Origin: Candidatus Nomurabacteria bacterium
Lineage (GTDB): Bacteria; Patescibacteriota; Minisyncoccia; Phycocordibacterales; SBAW01
Length of the DNA: 64,000 nt
Direction of reading: 5' to 3'
Assembly (NCBI GenBank): GCA_943349945.1
Contig: CALQZS010000002.1
Span: forward strand, 115,750 to 179,749
The translations under genes and the position numbers were made by a program. Numbering within the stretch: the stretch's first letter is position 1; each line of letters opens with the position of its first letter. Shown here piece by piece: positions 10,237-20,031 of this stretch. A model generated the notes under the pieces. That model was not told where the DNA came from. It worked only from the letters and a program-made list of their open reading frames with translations, and ran no database searches.

Positions 10237-11328
10237 CTATCCCACCAACCGCGCGATGTCGTGGAAGGAGACGACCACCATAAGCCCAATAAGCAACGCA
10301 AAGCCAGCGATGGTCAGACGTAGTGAAAGTTTTTCCGAAATAGGGCGGCGGATAATTGCTTCAATAACGATGAAGAGTAGTCGCCCGCCGTCGAGCCCCG
10401 GGATAGGCAGCAGGTTAATAATCGCCAAGTTAACCGAGATAAGCGACATCAAAATAATAGTGGCCACAAGCCCGTCTTGCACCGCCGAGGCACCAATGCC
10501 CGCGATGCCAATAGGCCCCGCTACCCCGCCCCAGTTGGCTGTGCCGGTTACAATCGAATAGAAGAACCCTCCCAACCCCACCGCGGTACCCACCGTCATG
10601 TGGTACGCCAAGACCGCACCTTGCACCAGCGCCAGGTGCACCGGCAACTGCAGCTGACCCACGTCGTCGAGGCTCACCCCGAGTGCTTTTTGGCCAGCCA
10701 CCAACCCTTCTGCTGGTTTAGCAAGAAATGTTTTCTCTTCTTCGCCGCGCATCACGGTAAGCAGCACGCTTTCTTCTTGGTGTGCGGCAATAAACGCACG
10801 CAACTCGTCGGACGTAGCACCCTCTTGTATTTGCGCTGTGCCTGTCTGCGCCGCCACGACCACATCCTGTGCCTGCAGCCCAGCCTTGGCTGCAGGCGAG
10901 TCAGGCAACACACCAAGAACAGTGGTGCGCGCATCCTCTACCTGCCCCACCACCGCACTCCCCGCCGCTGTGGGCAGCCCATGCATATAGCCCGCCGAAA
11001 GCGCGAGCCATGCAAACAAAATATTAAACACCACGCCGGCCACAATGACCGCAGCCTGCACTAGGCGAGGCTTGCGCACCAAGCTGCGCGGGTCGGTCTG
11101 TACCCCATCTTCCTTGGCGGACTCACCAAAGATTTTTACAAACCCGCCGAACGGAAGCGCGTTAAACGAGTACTCGGTTTCGCCACGTTTAAACGCAAAC
11201 AAGCGGGGCGGGAAAAATATACCAAACTCGTCGACGCGGATACCAAAAAACTTGGCCACGCTAAAGTGCCCAAACTCGTGGACCAAAATAAGCACAACAA
11301 GGAGGACTATAAAAAGGAAGAGGCTCAT
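10237..11328 (-). CDS. rseP: Site-2 protease RseP (zinc metalloprotease, PDZ)
   Basis: 363 aa. HEFGH motif in TM1, PDZ domain, LDGG motif. Downstream of frr. Confidence 0.8.
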   Translation of the reverse strand: MSLFLFIVLLVVLILVHEFGHFSVAKFFGIRVDEFGIFFPPRLFAFKRGETEYSFNALPFGGFVKIFGESAKEDGVQTDPRSLVRKPRLVQAAVIVAGVVFNILFAWLALSAGYMHGLPTAAGSAVVGQVEDARTTVLGVLPDSPAAKAGLQAQDVVVAAQTGTAQIQEGATSDELRAFIAAHQEESVLLTVMRGEEEKTFLAKPAEGLVAGQKALGVSLDDVGQLQLPVHLALVQGAVLAYHMTVGTAVGLGGFFYSIVTGTANWGGVAGPIGIAGIGASAVQDGLVATIILMSLISVNLAIINLLPIPGLDGGRLLFIVIEAIIRRPISEKLSLRLTIAGFALLIGLMVVVSFHDIARLVG

Positions 11329-11341
11329 GTATATGTATTAG

Positions 11342-11893
11342 TTAATTACTTATTTCTTTTTCTTTGCGTACCAACATATCGTCAAATGCTTTGTTTGCCG
11401 CATCGACGCGTTTTTGCATTTCGTCTTTGGAGCGGAATTTGTCGTCCTCGGGCATGGTGCCTTCGCGCTCCAACTTTTGGATGTCCGACCACACGTCGTC
11501 GCGCGCCACGCGCAGCGCTGTGCGAGACTCTTCTACCTTTTCTTTTGCCAACTTAAGCAGCCCGACCCGACGCTCGGAGGTCAACTCGGGGAAGGATACA
11601 CGCACGCCTTTTTCATCTACACCGATAGAGAGCCCAAGGTTTGCCGTCGTGATTGCTTTCTCTATTTCTTTGGACACACTCGCATCCCACGGCGCCACAC
11701 GCAGCGTGCGCGCATCCTCGACCGCAATGTTGGCCACCTGGTTGAGCGGCATGCGGGTGCCGTAGCTTTCTACCTGGATGCCGTCGAGTATAGCGGGGGT
11801 CGCACGCCCGGTGCGCACCCCGCCCAAGTCTTTGCCCAAACGCTCGGTTATTTCTGCAATGCGCTTTTCAAATGGTTTAAAATCGTATGCCAT
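11342..11893 (-). CDS. frr: Ribosome recycling factor
   Basis: 183 aa. Full-length RRF pattern (…VRTGRA…VESYG…). Confidence 0.9.
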   Translation of the reverse strand: MAYDFKPFEKRIAEITERLGKDLGGVRTGRATPAILDGIQVESYGTRMPLNQVANIAVEDARTLRVAPWDASVSKEIEKAITTANLGLSIGVDEKGVRVSFPELTSERRVGLLKLAKEKVEESRTALRVARDDVWSDIQKLEREGTMPEDDKFRSKDEMQKRVDAANKAFDDMLVRKEKEISN

Positions 11894-12045
11894 GGACCGA
11901 TTATATCATGACGATAAATAAGATGTTTGGAGGGGGTTTTGAGCGCGTCGTCTGCCGACCCTGGACAGCGAAAACTTCAGCGATTTTTTAGCAGAAAAAA
12001 TCGCGTACCCGGAAAACGCTTATTTATTGGAATGAACTACCTCAT

Positions 12046-12723
12046 CTACACTCGGAACCGCTTTGCTGCAGGCGGGTAGATTTTGACCAGCGGGTCTTTT
12101 GTGGTGTCGTAGGCGCGTGCCGGGGCTAGGTAGCGCCCATAGTGGATGATGCGGTGCGTAATATGCCCCCACTCTTTTTTGGGTACCAACTGCATCAAGT
12201 CTTTTTCTATCCGCACCGCGTCTTTGTAGTCCGACAAGTCAAACCGCTGCACAAACCGTATCACATGCGTATCGACGGTAATGCCCGCTACGACCCCATG
12301 CGCCTCTTTAAGCACCACCGTGGCAGTTTTCCGCGCCACACCAGGGAGCGTGAGCATCTCTTGCATAGTGCGCGGCACCTCGCCCCCAAAACGCTCGTGT
12401 AGTATTTTTGCCGCACCCAAAATATTTTTGGTCTTTGCGCGATAAAACCCAGAAGCAAAAATATCTTTTTCAAACTCCTCTATCCCCTTCTTTGTACTGC
12501 CCGCACGCACATAGTTGGCAAGAGTTGTATATTTTTTAAAAAGTTTCTCAGTAATTTTGTTTACCCCTTTGTCGGTCGACTGGGCCGAAAGCTGCACCGC
12601 GACCACAAGCTCCCAAGGCGTACTGTAGCCGAGCTCTATCGAGGCAGTTGGGTAGAGTGTTTTAAGTACTCGGTCCAACCTCGCTAGCCTAGCTTTTCTT
12701 TCTGCTAATTGAGCCGGTTTCAT
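12046..12723 (-). CDS. nth: HhH-GPD DNA glycosylase, endonuclease III-like (no Fe-S cysteine cluster)
   Basis: 225 aa. HhH motif LPGVARKTATVV, catalytic Lys/Asp region. C-terminus lacks the Cx6Cx2Cx5C cluster. Confidence 0.75.
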   Translation of the reverse strand: MKPAQLAERKARLARLDRVLKTLYPTASIELGYSTPWELVVAVQLSAQSTDKGVNKITEKLFKKYTTLANYVRAGSTKKGIEEFEKDIFASGFYRAKTKNILGAAKILHERFGGEVPRTMQEMLTLPGVARKTATVVLKEAHGVVAGITVDTHVIRFVQRFDLSDYKDAVRIEKDLMQLVPKKEWGHITHRIIHYGRYLAPARAYDTTKDPLVKIYPPAAKRFRV

Positions 12724-12771
12724 ATCCTGTACGAGGGTTGTTCTTAACTACATAGGCCGGGCCTATGTAGT

Positions 12772-13425
12772 TTATTTTATAGTCGGAAGTGTGGCAGCAA
12801 AGTGCTCGAGTATCATTTTGACCGATGGCGCACGATCTGCCAGATAGCGTCTAAAGTGCGCCACATCTGCCAGGCCCGCGCGCACAGGCGCAGTGGGCAA
12901 ACGCTGGTGCTCTGCATACAGCACCGCTTCCAGGTCGTCTACAAACGCACGCACCTGCTCGCGTGCACCATCTTCTTTTTTTACAAACGCGGTTACCCAC
13001 GCACTGCGCTTGGCGTATGGCCAACTCAAAAACTCTGCTGCCGCAGTATCAGCATGCGACTTTGCTATTTTCCCTGGATACTCCAAAAAGCGCGAGCGGA
13101 GCGTTGGCAACAAGCTGCCGTGCGGCACCAGCACTACAAACACCACACCCACTTGCGGCTCTTCAAACAACTTCAACAGCGCCTGCTGCGCTTCGCTGGT
13201 TATAGACACTATACCCAACACAAACAGCGCCCGCCCTGTCGCGCTACGCAGCGACGTTTGCGTCACCAAGGCACGCGACTCGTCTATCCCAAACTTCTCC
13301 CACAGCTCTACCTGCACCTCGGCAGTCCCCGCTCCCTCAAATCCAAATCGCGTCCGAGCGTCTGTCGCCAAAGCCCCAAGCAGTGCCGCCGGACCTTCAT
13401 ACACATATGCGTGGTGCGCCTGCAT
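12772..13425 (-). CDS. holB: DNA polymerase III delta-prime-like clamp-loader subunit
   Basis: LLKLFEEP motif (compare LLKTLEEP). Start moved to the internal Met so the gene just follows the mreB paralog. Confidence 0.55.
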   Translation of the reverse strand: MQAHHAYVYEGPAALLGALATDARTRFGFEGAGTAEVQVELWEKFGIDESRALVTQTSLRSATGRALFVLGIVSITSEAQQALLKLFEEPQVGVVFVVLVPHGSLLPTLRSRFLEYPGKIAKSHADTAAAEFLSWPYAKRSAWVTAFVKKEDGAREQVRAFVDDLEAVLYAEHQRLPTAPVRAGLADVAHFRRYLADRAPSVKMILEHFAATLPTIK

Positions 13426-13430
13426 AGTTT

Positions 13431-14444
13431 TTATCTTTTTGCGATAACCGCTTTTTTGTATGTATCCAAATGCTCCAACGCAATACCCGTCCCGCGTGCC
13501 ACACAAAACAGTGGGTCTTCTGCTACCGCAGCTTTAACGCCAGTGCGGCGCAGCACCAACTCGGGGAAATGGCGGAGCATCGAGGTACCGCCGGTCATGA
13601 TGATGCCGCGGTCTATAATGTCGCTAGCCAGCTCGGGCGGCGTTTCTTGCAAGACGTCGCGTATCGCTTTGATTATCTCGCGCAGCTCTTTGCCCATGGC
13701 CTTAACTATGTCGTTTGTCTTGAGCTCGGCCGAGCGGGGCAAACCCGTAATAAAATCGCGGCCGCGCACGGTGGTCACCAACTCCTCTTCCACAGGCACC
13801 GCAGAGCCTACAGCAATTTTTACATTCTCTGCAGTTTTTTCTCCAATACCAAGGTTGTATGTTTTTTTAATATAGTCGGCTATTGCATGGTCGAGCTTGT
13901 CGCCGCCACATTTGACCGAGGTTGATGCAACAATGCCGCCCAAAGAAATCACCGCAACGTCTGCGGTACCGCCACCAATGTCTACCACCATGTTGCCTCG
14001 TGGCTCGTGTATAGGAATGCCGGCACCAATTGCCGCCAAGACTGACTCTTTGACCACGTATGCATTTTTTGCACCAGCGCGTATCGCAGCCTCCACCACC
14101 GCACGACGTTCGGTCGAGGTAACACCCGTGGGCACCGACACCATCACCTCCGGACGAAACAAACTAAACCGCCCCATCGCTTTGGATATAAAGTAGCGCA
14201 GCATCGCCTGGGTTACGCGATAGTCGGCGATGACTCCGTCTTTGAGCGGGCGGTAGGCAATAATCTCGCCCGGGGTGCGGCCTATCATCTCTTTTGCCTC
14301 GACCCCCACCGCCAAGATGCGCTTGTCGACTTCGGAAATGGCTACGACCGACGGCTCGTTAAGTACCACGCCCCGCCCCGGCACAAACACGAGCGTGTTT
14401 GCGGTGCCGAGGTCGATGCCAAGCTTGGGAGTAAAAAAAGCCAT
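13431..14444 (-). CDS. Second MreB-family actin homolog
   Basis: 337 aa. DLGTANTLVF, DIGGGTAD motifs. A paralog of mreB at 5066-6118. Confidence 0.8.
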   Translation of the reverse strand: MAFFTPKLGIDLGTANTLVFVPGRGVVLNEPSVVAISEVDKRILAVGVEAKEMIGRTPGEIIAYRPLKDGVIADYRVTQAMLRYFISKAMGRFSLFRPEVMVSVPTGVTSTERRAVVEAAIRAGAKNAYVVKESVLAAIGAGIPIHEPRGNMVVDIGGGTADVAVISLGGIVASTSVKCGGDKLDHAIADYIKKTYNLGIGEKTAENVKIAVGSAVPVEEELVTTVRGRDFITGLPRSAELKTNDIVKAMGKELREIIKAIRDVLQETPPELASDIIDRGIIMTGGTSMLRHFPELVLRRTGVKAAVAEDPLFCVARGTGIALEHLDTYKKAVIAKR

Positions 14445-14484
14445 ACAGAAGGCAATAATACCCGAGCTGCTCTACTAAAACAAA

Positions 14485-15723
14485 TTATTTGGATTCTTCG
14501 CGCTGTATGTTGAGCCCCAGCGCCCGCAGCCGCTCTTCAATATGTTCGTAACCGCGGTCAATAAGGTATGCGTTGTCTATAGACGACGTGCCCTTGGCAA
14601 CTGTTGCAGCAAGCAGGTAGGCAAGCCCGCCGCGCAAGTCGGGGCTCTCTAGATTTTTGCGTGTAAATTCTTTGGGGCCGCGGATAAACACGCGATGCGG
14701 ATTCATCACCGCCATGTCTGCGCCCATCACCACCAGGTCGTCGACATAGCGGAAGCGACCATCAAATATTGTTTCTAAAATACTTCCCTCGCCTTGGCAC
14801 TGGCTCATAAAGACTGCCATAGGCGCTTGAAGGTCGGTAGGAAATCCGGGGTACTCGTGCGTGCGCACCGACACCATTTTGTATGGCGTGCTACTGCTCT
14901 GCACGCGGATACTCGTCGGCGTCGTTTCTATAGACACCCCTGCTTGCCGCAGCAGTGCAATAGGCACTTCGAGCCACGATGGGTTGCAGTGGGTAATGTG
15001 CACGTCGCTCCCCGCAAGCGCAGCCAAAATCACAAAACTCCCCGCCTCTATACGGTCGGCAGGTACCACAAACGGCCGCCCCGCCGCATGCAGCAGGCCA
15101 CCACCCATAATGCGCACCGTTGGAGTGCCCGCACCTTCTATATGCGCACCACAGTCATTTAGGTACTGTGCCAAGTAGCCAACCTCGGGCTCCATGGCTG
15201 CGTTTTGGAGCACCGTCTCCCCCTCTGCCAACACCGCAGCCATCATCAGCGTCTCGGTGCCTGTTACAGACACTAGCGGAAAGGTAATATGCGCCCCGCG
15301 GAGCTTGCCTCCCGAAGCAGTAATCCTAAAAAATCCGTCCTCTTCTTCGACTGCAGCACCCATGGCTTTAAAACCATTCAAGAAAAGATCTATCGAGCGC
15401 TCGCCCAGCACACATCCACCAGGAAACGGGAACTCCACCTTGCCGTAGCGTGCCAACACCGGCCCCGCAAGCACAATAGACGCGCGAAACTTTTCGGCAA
15501 TATCTTTGCGCAACACCGTGTTGTCTTCCTTGAGCGCCTCCAACAACTCGCGCATGCGTTTTACATCTTCGATATCGGGCACGTTTTCCAAAGGCACCTC
15601 ATCTTCAAACAGCACGCTCGCAGGCAAAATTTTAAGCACCGCGTTTTTTGCACCGCGCACCGCTATCTCGCCCTTAAGCGTACGTGCACCAGAGAGCCCC
15701 TCGACAACAAATCTTTCACGCAT
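14485..15723 (-). CDS. murA: UDP-N-acetylglucosamine 1-carboxyvinyltransferase
   Basis: 412 aa. GAKNAVL motif, two EPT domains, catalytic Cys-region. Confidence 0.9.
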   Translation of the reverse strand: MRERFVVEGLSGARTLKGEIAVRGAKNAVLKILPASVLFEDEVPLENVPDIEDVKRMRELLEALKEDNTVLRKDIAEKFRASIVLAGPVLARYGKVEFPFPGGCVLGERSIDLFLNGFKAMGAAVEEEDGFFRITASGGKLRGAHITFPLVSVTGTETLMMAAVLAEGETVLQNAAMEPEVGYLAQYLNDCGAHIEGAGTPTVRIMGGGLLHAAGRPFVVPADRIEAGSFVILAALAGSDVHITHCNPSWLEVPIALLRQAGVSIETTPTSIRVQSSSTPYKMVSVRTHEYPGFPTDLQAPMAVFMSQCQGEGSILETIFDGRFRYVDDLVVMGADMAVMNPHRVFIRGPKEFTRKNLESPDLRGGLAYLLAATVAKGTSSIDNAYLIDRGYEHIEERLRALGLNIQREESK

Positions 15724-16069
15724 GGTAGTTTCTTTTTATATGGGTAGTAGGGGCTGTTTTTGATTGTAGCGCACTTTTGCCCTCGTGGTTTTTGGGGTTG
15801 ACCTCCCACCAAAATTTCTTTGAAAACGAGCTGGCGTTGCCGCGTTTTGCCGCATCGTCGCAAATGCTTTTAAGGTAGTACAGGTCTTTGGTGGGCACAC
15901 CCAAAAACACCCTACCCAACCGCCCCATAGACAGCGGCCCCAGCCCGTCGCGCGCTCTGGTCGCGTTTAGTTTGCTTAGAAAATATTCCATCAACTCCCC
16001 CCGCTCGGTGTCACGGCTTTTCTTTGGGGGTGCGCTTGCTTTGGGCATGTGCGAGCCTATATGGTCCAT
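15716..16069 (-). CDS. Small hypothetical protein upstream of murA
   Basis: 4-nt overlap with the murA start. Coding-like composition (…GLGPLSMGRLGRVFLGVPTKDLYYL…). Start is uncertain (Met56 or Met82 of the track ORF). Confidence 0.35.
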   Translation of the reverse strand: MDHIGSHMPKASAPPKKSRDTERGELMEYFLSKLNATRARDGLGPLSMGRLGRVFLGVPTKDLYYLKSICDDAAKRGNASSFSKKFWWEVNPKNHEGKSALQSKTAPTTHIKRNYHA

Positions 16070-16134
16070 TGCACCCCAGTATAGCAAACAGTCAGGAGCT
16101 TTATTTTTTAGAAAAAAATGGTATTGTGTGTTGC

Positions 16135-16671
16135 ATGAAGGACAGTGTCGTACAGATGGGGGCGTCGGTGTTGCGTGACATAGCAAAGCCGGTAGCCCAA
16201 AAAGAGTTTGGCACCAAAGAGCTGGCTGCCACAATCAAAAAGATGCAGAAGCTCGTCGCCACCGAAGAGTTCGGCGTGGCTATTGCCGCACCGCAAATTG
16301 GTGTATCCAAGCGGATTTTTATATTGGCAGATAAGGCCTTCGACGCGGGCCTCGCACCCGACAAAATTGCAGCCGCGCATAAAGTATTTATCAACCCCGA
16401 AATAATGCGCCTCTCGCGCAAAAAAGAAGAGATGGCCGAGGGGTGCCTGTCGGTGCGGGGCAAGTACGGCACCGTCATCCGCCACGAAAAAGCGAGCGTC
16501 CGCGCGTATACGCCAGAGGGCAAGGTATTTGTCTACCACGGCACCGGCCTTATCGCACAGATATTCCAACACGAGTATGACCACCTCGACGGCATATTGT
16601 ATGTCGATAAAGCAGAAAAACTACGCAACGAAAAAACAAGCAGCCCATTAAAAAAAGAAGTCGTAGCGTAA
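16135..16671 (+). CDS. def: Peptide deformylase
   Basis: GVAIAAPQIG, EGCLSV, HEYDHLDG motifs. Start at the internal Met (MKDSVVQ…). Confidence 0.85.
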   Translation: MKDSVVQMGASVLRDIAKPVAQKEFGTKELAATIKKMQKLVATEEFGVAIAAPQIGVSKRIFILADKAFDAGLAPDKIAAAHKVFINPEIMRLSRKKEEMAEGCLSVRGKYGTVIRHEKASVRAYTPEGKVFVYHGTGLIAQIFQHEYDHLDGILYVDKAEKLRNEKTSSPLKKEVVA

Positions 16672-16674
16672 TAT

Positions 16675-17535
16675 ATGTCAGCAAAAAAACCTCTCTTTGT
16701 ATTTTTTGGTACCCCCGACTTGTCGGTGTGTGTACTTGAGGCACTTGCCGCGCACGGCCAGCTGCCGGCACTTGTGGTTACCGCACCACCACAGCCAAAA
16801 GGGCGCGGACTCGTGTTGACCCCTACCCCTGTGGCCGCATGGGCAGCAGAGCGCGGTATAGACACACTCACTCCAAAAAAGTTGGACCAGGACTTTGTCG
16901 ACATGCTCGCCAACAGTGACTGGGATGTGTTTGTGGTGGCTATGTATGCAAAACTCCTGCCCAAGCAAGTGCTGGACTTGCCGCGTCGCGGCACGCTCAA
17001 CGTGCACCCCTCGCTCTTGCCCAAATTCCGTGGACCTTCGCCCGTGCTCTCTGCTATTTTGGCAGACGAGCGCACCACCGGCGTCACTATTATGCAACTC
17101 ACCGAAAAAATGGACGCGGGGCCTATTGTCGCCCAGGCGCGCATCGAGGTAGACGAAGACACGGGCCAAGGTGGCTGGCCACCAAAAGGCAGCGAGTTTG
17201 AAATATTTTTGGCTACCGAAGGCGGCAACCTGTTGGCCGAGACACTCGGGCCGTGGGTTGCGGGAGATATACCCGCCGAGCCACAAGACGAAAGTGCCGC
17301 AACCTACACCAAGAAGTTTGCGCCCGAAGATGCACTCATAGACCCTGCGGGCGACCCACGCACACAGCTGCTTAAAATCCGCGCCTTCGACAAAAGCCCT
17401 CGTGCGCACTTTTTCCAAAACGGCAAACGGTTTATAGTCACCGACGCCACCGTCGAAGCGGGTGTGCTCAAGATACTCCGCGTCATCCCCGAAGGTAAAA
17501 AAGAGACCGACTACCAAAACGTTATCCACACCTAA
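16675..17535 (+). CDS. fmt: Methionyl-tRNA formyltransferase
   Basis: 286 aa. N-terminal formyltransferase domain (FFGTP…) and a C-terminal domain. def-fmt operon. Confidence 0.9.
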   Translation: MSAKKPLFVFFGTPDLSVCVLEALAAHGQLPALVVTAPPQPKGRGLVLTPTPVAAWAAERGIDTLTPKKLDQDFVDMLANSDWDVFVVAMYAKLLPKQVLDLPRRGTLNVHPSLLPKFRGPSPVLSAILADERTTGVTIMQLTEKMDAGPIVAQARIEVDEDTGQGGWPPKGSEFEIFLATEGGNLLAETLGPWVAGDIPAEPQDESAATYTKKFAPEDALIDPAGDPRTQLLKIRAFDKSPRAHFFQNGKRFIVTDATVEAGVLKILRVIPEGKKETDYQNVIHT

Positions 17536-17539
17536 CCCC

Positions 17540-17575
17540 ACGAAGGTCAGTCCTTCGCGAAGGACTGACCTTCGT
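17540..17575. terminator. Bidirectional terminator hairpin between fmt and hpf
   Basis: Perfect 16-bp inverted repeat acgaaggtcagtccttcgcgaaggactgaccttcgt. Confidence 0.5.
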
Positions 17576-17610
17576 AAAGAAAACTGGGGATAACTCTGCG
17601 ACCGGGGGGC

Positions 17611-17976
17611 CTAGACGCTGCGGCGGAAGCCGCGGATATATTCCTTTACCCGCATCGCGCTGCGGCGGAAGACGTGTTGGCGCTTCTTTTTGGTTTGCGA
17701 CAAGTCGCGGGCCAACTCGCCTGCCGCGATGTCTATCGCCTCGTGCAGTGCGTCTCCGTGTGCCTCGGCTCGGTGGACGTCGCTGCCCAACGCCAGGGTA
17801 AACTCTGCGCGATATTTTTTGCCCTCTTTGTTTGCCGCATGCTCCAGCTCGACGTCTGCATGCGCCGCGTCGGTGTGTACAAACTTGTCACTCGCGCTGA
17901 GTTTTTTTTCTACATAGGTGCGCAACTCGTCGGATATGTCTACGCCAGTGCCTTTGATGTTGTAGTTGAGTGCCAT
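17611..17976 (-). CDS. hpf: Ribosome hibernation promoting factor (RaiA/HPF family, short form)
   Basis: 121 aa. Sigma-54-modulation-protein fold pattern (NIKGTGVDISDELRTYVEKKL…). Confidence 0.8.
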   Translation of the reverse strand: MALNYNIKGTGVDISDELRTYVEKKLSASDKFVHTDAAHADVELEHAANKEGKKYRAEFTLALGSDVHRAEAHGDALHEAIDIAAGELARDLSQTKKKRQHVFRRSAMRVKEYIRGFRRSV

Positions 17977-18193
17977 AGATTATATTTTTTTATTGAGACT
18001 GATAAGAAGTACTTGTGGCAAACTCTGCGCTGCCCGGAGTGGGCGACTTTTTTGTGGGCGCAACCAAAAGCACCACGAGCGCCAACACCTCTATAACTCC
18101 GATAATCCCCAAAACGATGTATGCGCGCCTGGTTCCTGGTTGCATACCCCTAGTCTACCACTCCACCTGCCGCAGGTGTGCTAGTGTAGCCAT

Positions 18194-18415
18194 ATGTATA
18201 TAAAAGTCCGAGTCCAAACAGGGGCTAAAAAGGAGGTCTGCACCCCGCTTGGCGACAACACCTTTGCTATTGCGGTCAAAGAAAAGGCCAAGCAAAACTT
18301 GGCAAACAGGCGCGTGTTGGCGATTATTGCCGCAGAGTACCAAACGACGCCGCAAGCAGTGCACATAGTCAGCGGCCATCATTCGCCCAGCAAAATGCTC
18401 AAATTGCGCTCTTGA
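18194..18415 (+). CDS. DUF167 (YggU-like) small protein
   Basis: 73 aa. IKVRV…AKKE…AIAVKEKA…ANRRVLAIIA…VHIVSG…S…K matches the YggU pattern. Confidence 0.5.
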   Translation: MYIKVRVQTGAKKEVCTPLGDNTFAIAVKEKAKQNLANRRVLAIIAAEYQTTPQAVHIVSGHHSPSKMLKLRS

Positions 18416-18426
18416 GACGCCCCAGG

Positions 18427-18819
18427 TTACTCGGTGGTCTTGCCGTCAAAATGCTCCTCGTCGGCCTGTGCCTGTGCTTTGGTTTGGTGGACCACTCCGT
18501 CTTTGTGGTGCGGCGGCATGTACAGCGTATAGAGCTTCATCTCGCCTGCCCCCGTGTTAGTGAGGTTGTGCGTAACGCCCGCCGGAACCACCACCACACT
18601 TCCGTCTGTAAGGTCGTGCGACACACCGTCTAAAATTGCCACACCGCTACCCTGCTCGACACGCAAAAATTGATCGACGTCGTGCACCTCTTGGCCAATG
18701 TCCTCGTTGGGCAACAGCGACATCAGCACCAGCTGACTGTTTTTGTCGGTGTATAAAACTTTTCTAAAATTAGCGTTCTCGAGCGCGAGCTTTTCTATGT
18801 TTGCTATGTATCCTTGCAT
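18427..18819 (-). CDS. Cupin-domain protein
   Basis: 130 aa. Two His-containing cupin motifs (GQEVH…; VVVPAGVTHN). Confidence 0.7.
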   Translation of the reverse strand: MQGYIANIEKLALENANFRKVLYTDKNSQLVLMSLLPNEDIGQEVHDVDQFLRVEQGSGVAILDGVSHDLTDGSVVVVPAGVTHNLTNTGAGEMKLYTLYMPPHHKDGVVHQTKAQAQADEEHFDGKTTE

Positions 18820-18856
18820 ACCGTTAGGGTAGCACGGGTTTAGTGCAATAAAAAAA

Positions 18857-18879
18857 CGACCGCTTCAGTGAAGCGGTCG
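18857..18879 (-). terminator. Terminator hairpin for the minus-strand gene above
   Basis: cgaccgcttcagtgaagcggtcg preceded by A7 on plus, which is T7 on minus. Confidence 0.45.
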
Positions 18880-18892
18880 CGTGGGTAGGTCG

Positions 18893-19264
18893 TTAGGCAT
18901 CCATCCCTGTCGCCCAATACCCGTGTCGGACGTCGAATGTACGCACCACGCATTGGATATACGCATCAGGCGTCATCTCGTGCGTAACCTGGAAGAAGGC
19001 GCTTGCCACCTCGTCCATATTGTCCGGCCCAAGCATGAAGTGGGCAGGCACATCCGCCTCGATGAGGATATTCTTCCCTGCCCCATAGGCAATTATGTCC
19101 AAGGGGAAAAGGATGATGATGTCGTTCTCGTCCCTGACGCGAAGCGCGGTGACAGAGCATGCCGCACGCAGCAGTTGGTTGAAGTAGGACTGATAGTCTA
19201 CTTCTACCCACGGGTTTGGTAGCCAATACGCCCTGACGATGGGCTTTGCGGGTCTCTCTAACAT
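18893..19264 (-). CDS. Hypothetical protein (island gene)
   Basis: Start at MLERPAKP… with an AAGGAGA RBS 7 nt upstream. The shared promoter-like motif lies upstream. Confidence 0.45.
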   Translation of the reverse strand: MLERPAKPIVRAYWLPNPWVEVDYQSYFNQLLRAACSVTALRVRDENDIIILFPLDIIAYGAGKNILIEADVPAHFMLGPDNMDEVASAFFQVTHEMTPDAYIQCVVRTFDVRHGYWATGMDA

Positions 19265-19300
19265 TTGTAGTCTCCTTTTTGTTGTGTCTAATATGACTAT

Positions 19301-19325
19301 AACACAAAATATAAAAATTACTAGC
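19301..19325 (-). promoter_or_regulatory. Copy A of the repeated promoter-like motif (minus-strand gctagtaatttttatattttgtg)
   Basis: 23/24 nt identical to the copy at 20032-20054. Each copy lies 35-45 nt upstream of an RBS and start codon. Confidence 0.35.
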
Positions 19326-19374
19326 TCTTGCACCTTAAGTCCGAATTGCCCGCAAATGGGTGTGTATAAAAAAA

Positions 19375-19400
19375 CCGCCCTCAGAAAACTCTGGGGGCGG
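19375..19400 (-). terminator. Terminator (ccgccc…ggggcgg hairpin) with shared gtttgtataaaaaa flank
   Basis: Hairpin plus T-tract on minus. The flank recurs at 22367 and 23478. Confidence 0.45.
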
Positions 19401-19406
19401 TAGTGC

Positions 19407-19793
19407 TTAATGCAGCGTCTGTGCAGAAACAGTGATAGTCTGCGGGCCGTTTTTTGACACAGGCTGCAGCGTCTGCATAAACATGCTTTGAAAAAAGTGC
19501 GACAGGACGGTGCACGCGCTCAGAGCCTTTGCGGTGTCCACCAAGTTTACCTTTTTCTTTTGCGCCAAGAGGTCGAGCGTCGGCGTTGGTGCAGTTGCAC
19601 CAGCTTCTGTTGCAAACGCATCAAACCGAGCAAGGAAGGGCCGAAGCTGTTGCAGCCTTTCCAGTGCTTTGATCATCAAGTCTGGAGGCGCTACACCTTG
19701 CACTACCAGACTCATGCACAAAAACAAATGACTCACCTCGAGCAAGTGTCTTTGCTCGCTGACATGGATGGTAGCCTGTGCTGGCTTGTTCAT
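19407..19793 (-). CDS. Hypothetical protein (island gene)
   Basis: Start at MNKPAQAT… with a GGAG RBS. Immediately downstream of a 62-aa ORF. Confidence 0.4.
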   Translation of the reverse strand: MNKPAQATIHVSEQRHLLEVSHLFLCMSLVVQGVAPPDLMIKALERLQQLRPFLARFDAFATEAGATAPTPTLDLLAQKKKVNLVDTAKALSACTVLSHFFQSMFMQTLQPVSKNGPQTITVSAQTLH

Positions 19794-19809
19794 TACAAAC
19801 TCCGATCCG

Positions 19810-19998
19810 CTATTTCCTTTGTATTGGGTCGGTGGCTTTTTGGCCGCTGCCGGTGCAGTTTTGCGCCGGCACGCGCACGCTGTAGTGCGCCTGCAGCCTT
19901 GCCTCACCATCTCTCGTAACTTTGCAGACCACCTTCAAGGCACCACAAATGTGGCAAGTTGCCCTGACTGTGCCGCCATCAACAACAAAAGTATTCAT
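19810..19998 (-). CDS. Small Cys-containing hypothetical protein (62 aa)
   Basis: AGGAGT RBS 8 nt upstream. CHIC…C…C pattern. Preceded by promoter-like motif copy B. Confidence 0.35.
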   Translation of the reverse strand: MNTFVVDGGTVRATCHICGALKVVCKVTRDGEARLQAHYSVRVPAQNCTGSGQKATDPIQRK

Positions 19999-20031
19999 GT
20001 ACTTACTCCTATATGTCTGTGGAAACGATAC

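Noticed and set aside
12802-13875. 357-aa plus-strand ORF
   Set aside because: It is antisense to holB and the second mreB. Its composition is Arg/Ser/Pro-rich, typical of a GC-rich shadow frame.
17991-18146. 51-aa minus-strand membrane mini-ORF (MQPGTRRAYIVLGIIGVIEVLALVVLLVAP…)
   Set aside because: It is a plausible TM peptide, but it is below the track threshold and has no RBS or conservation evidence, so I am not confident enough to annotate it.
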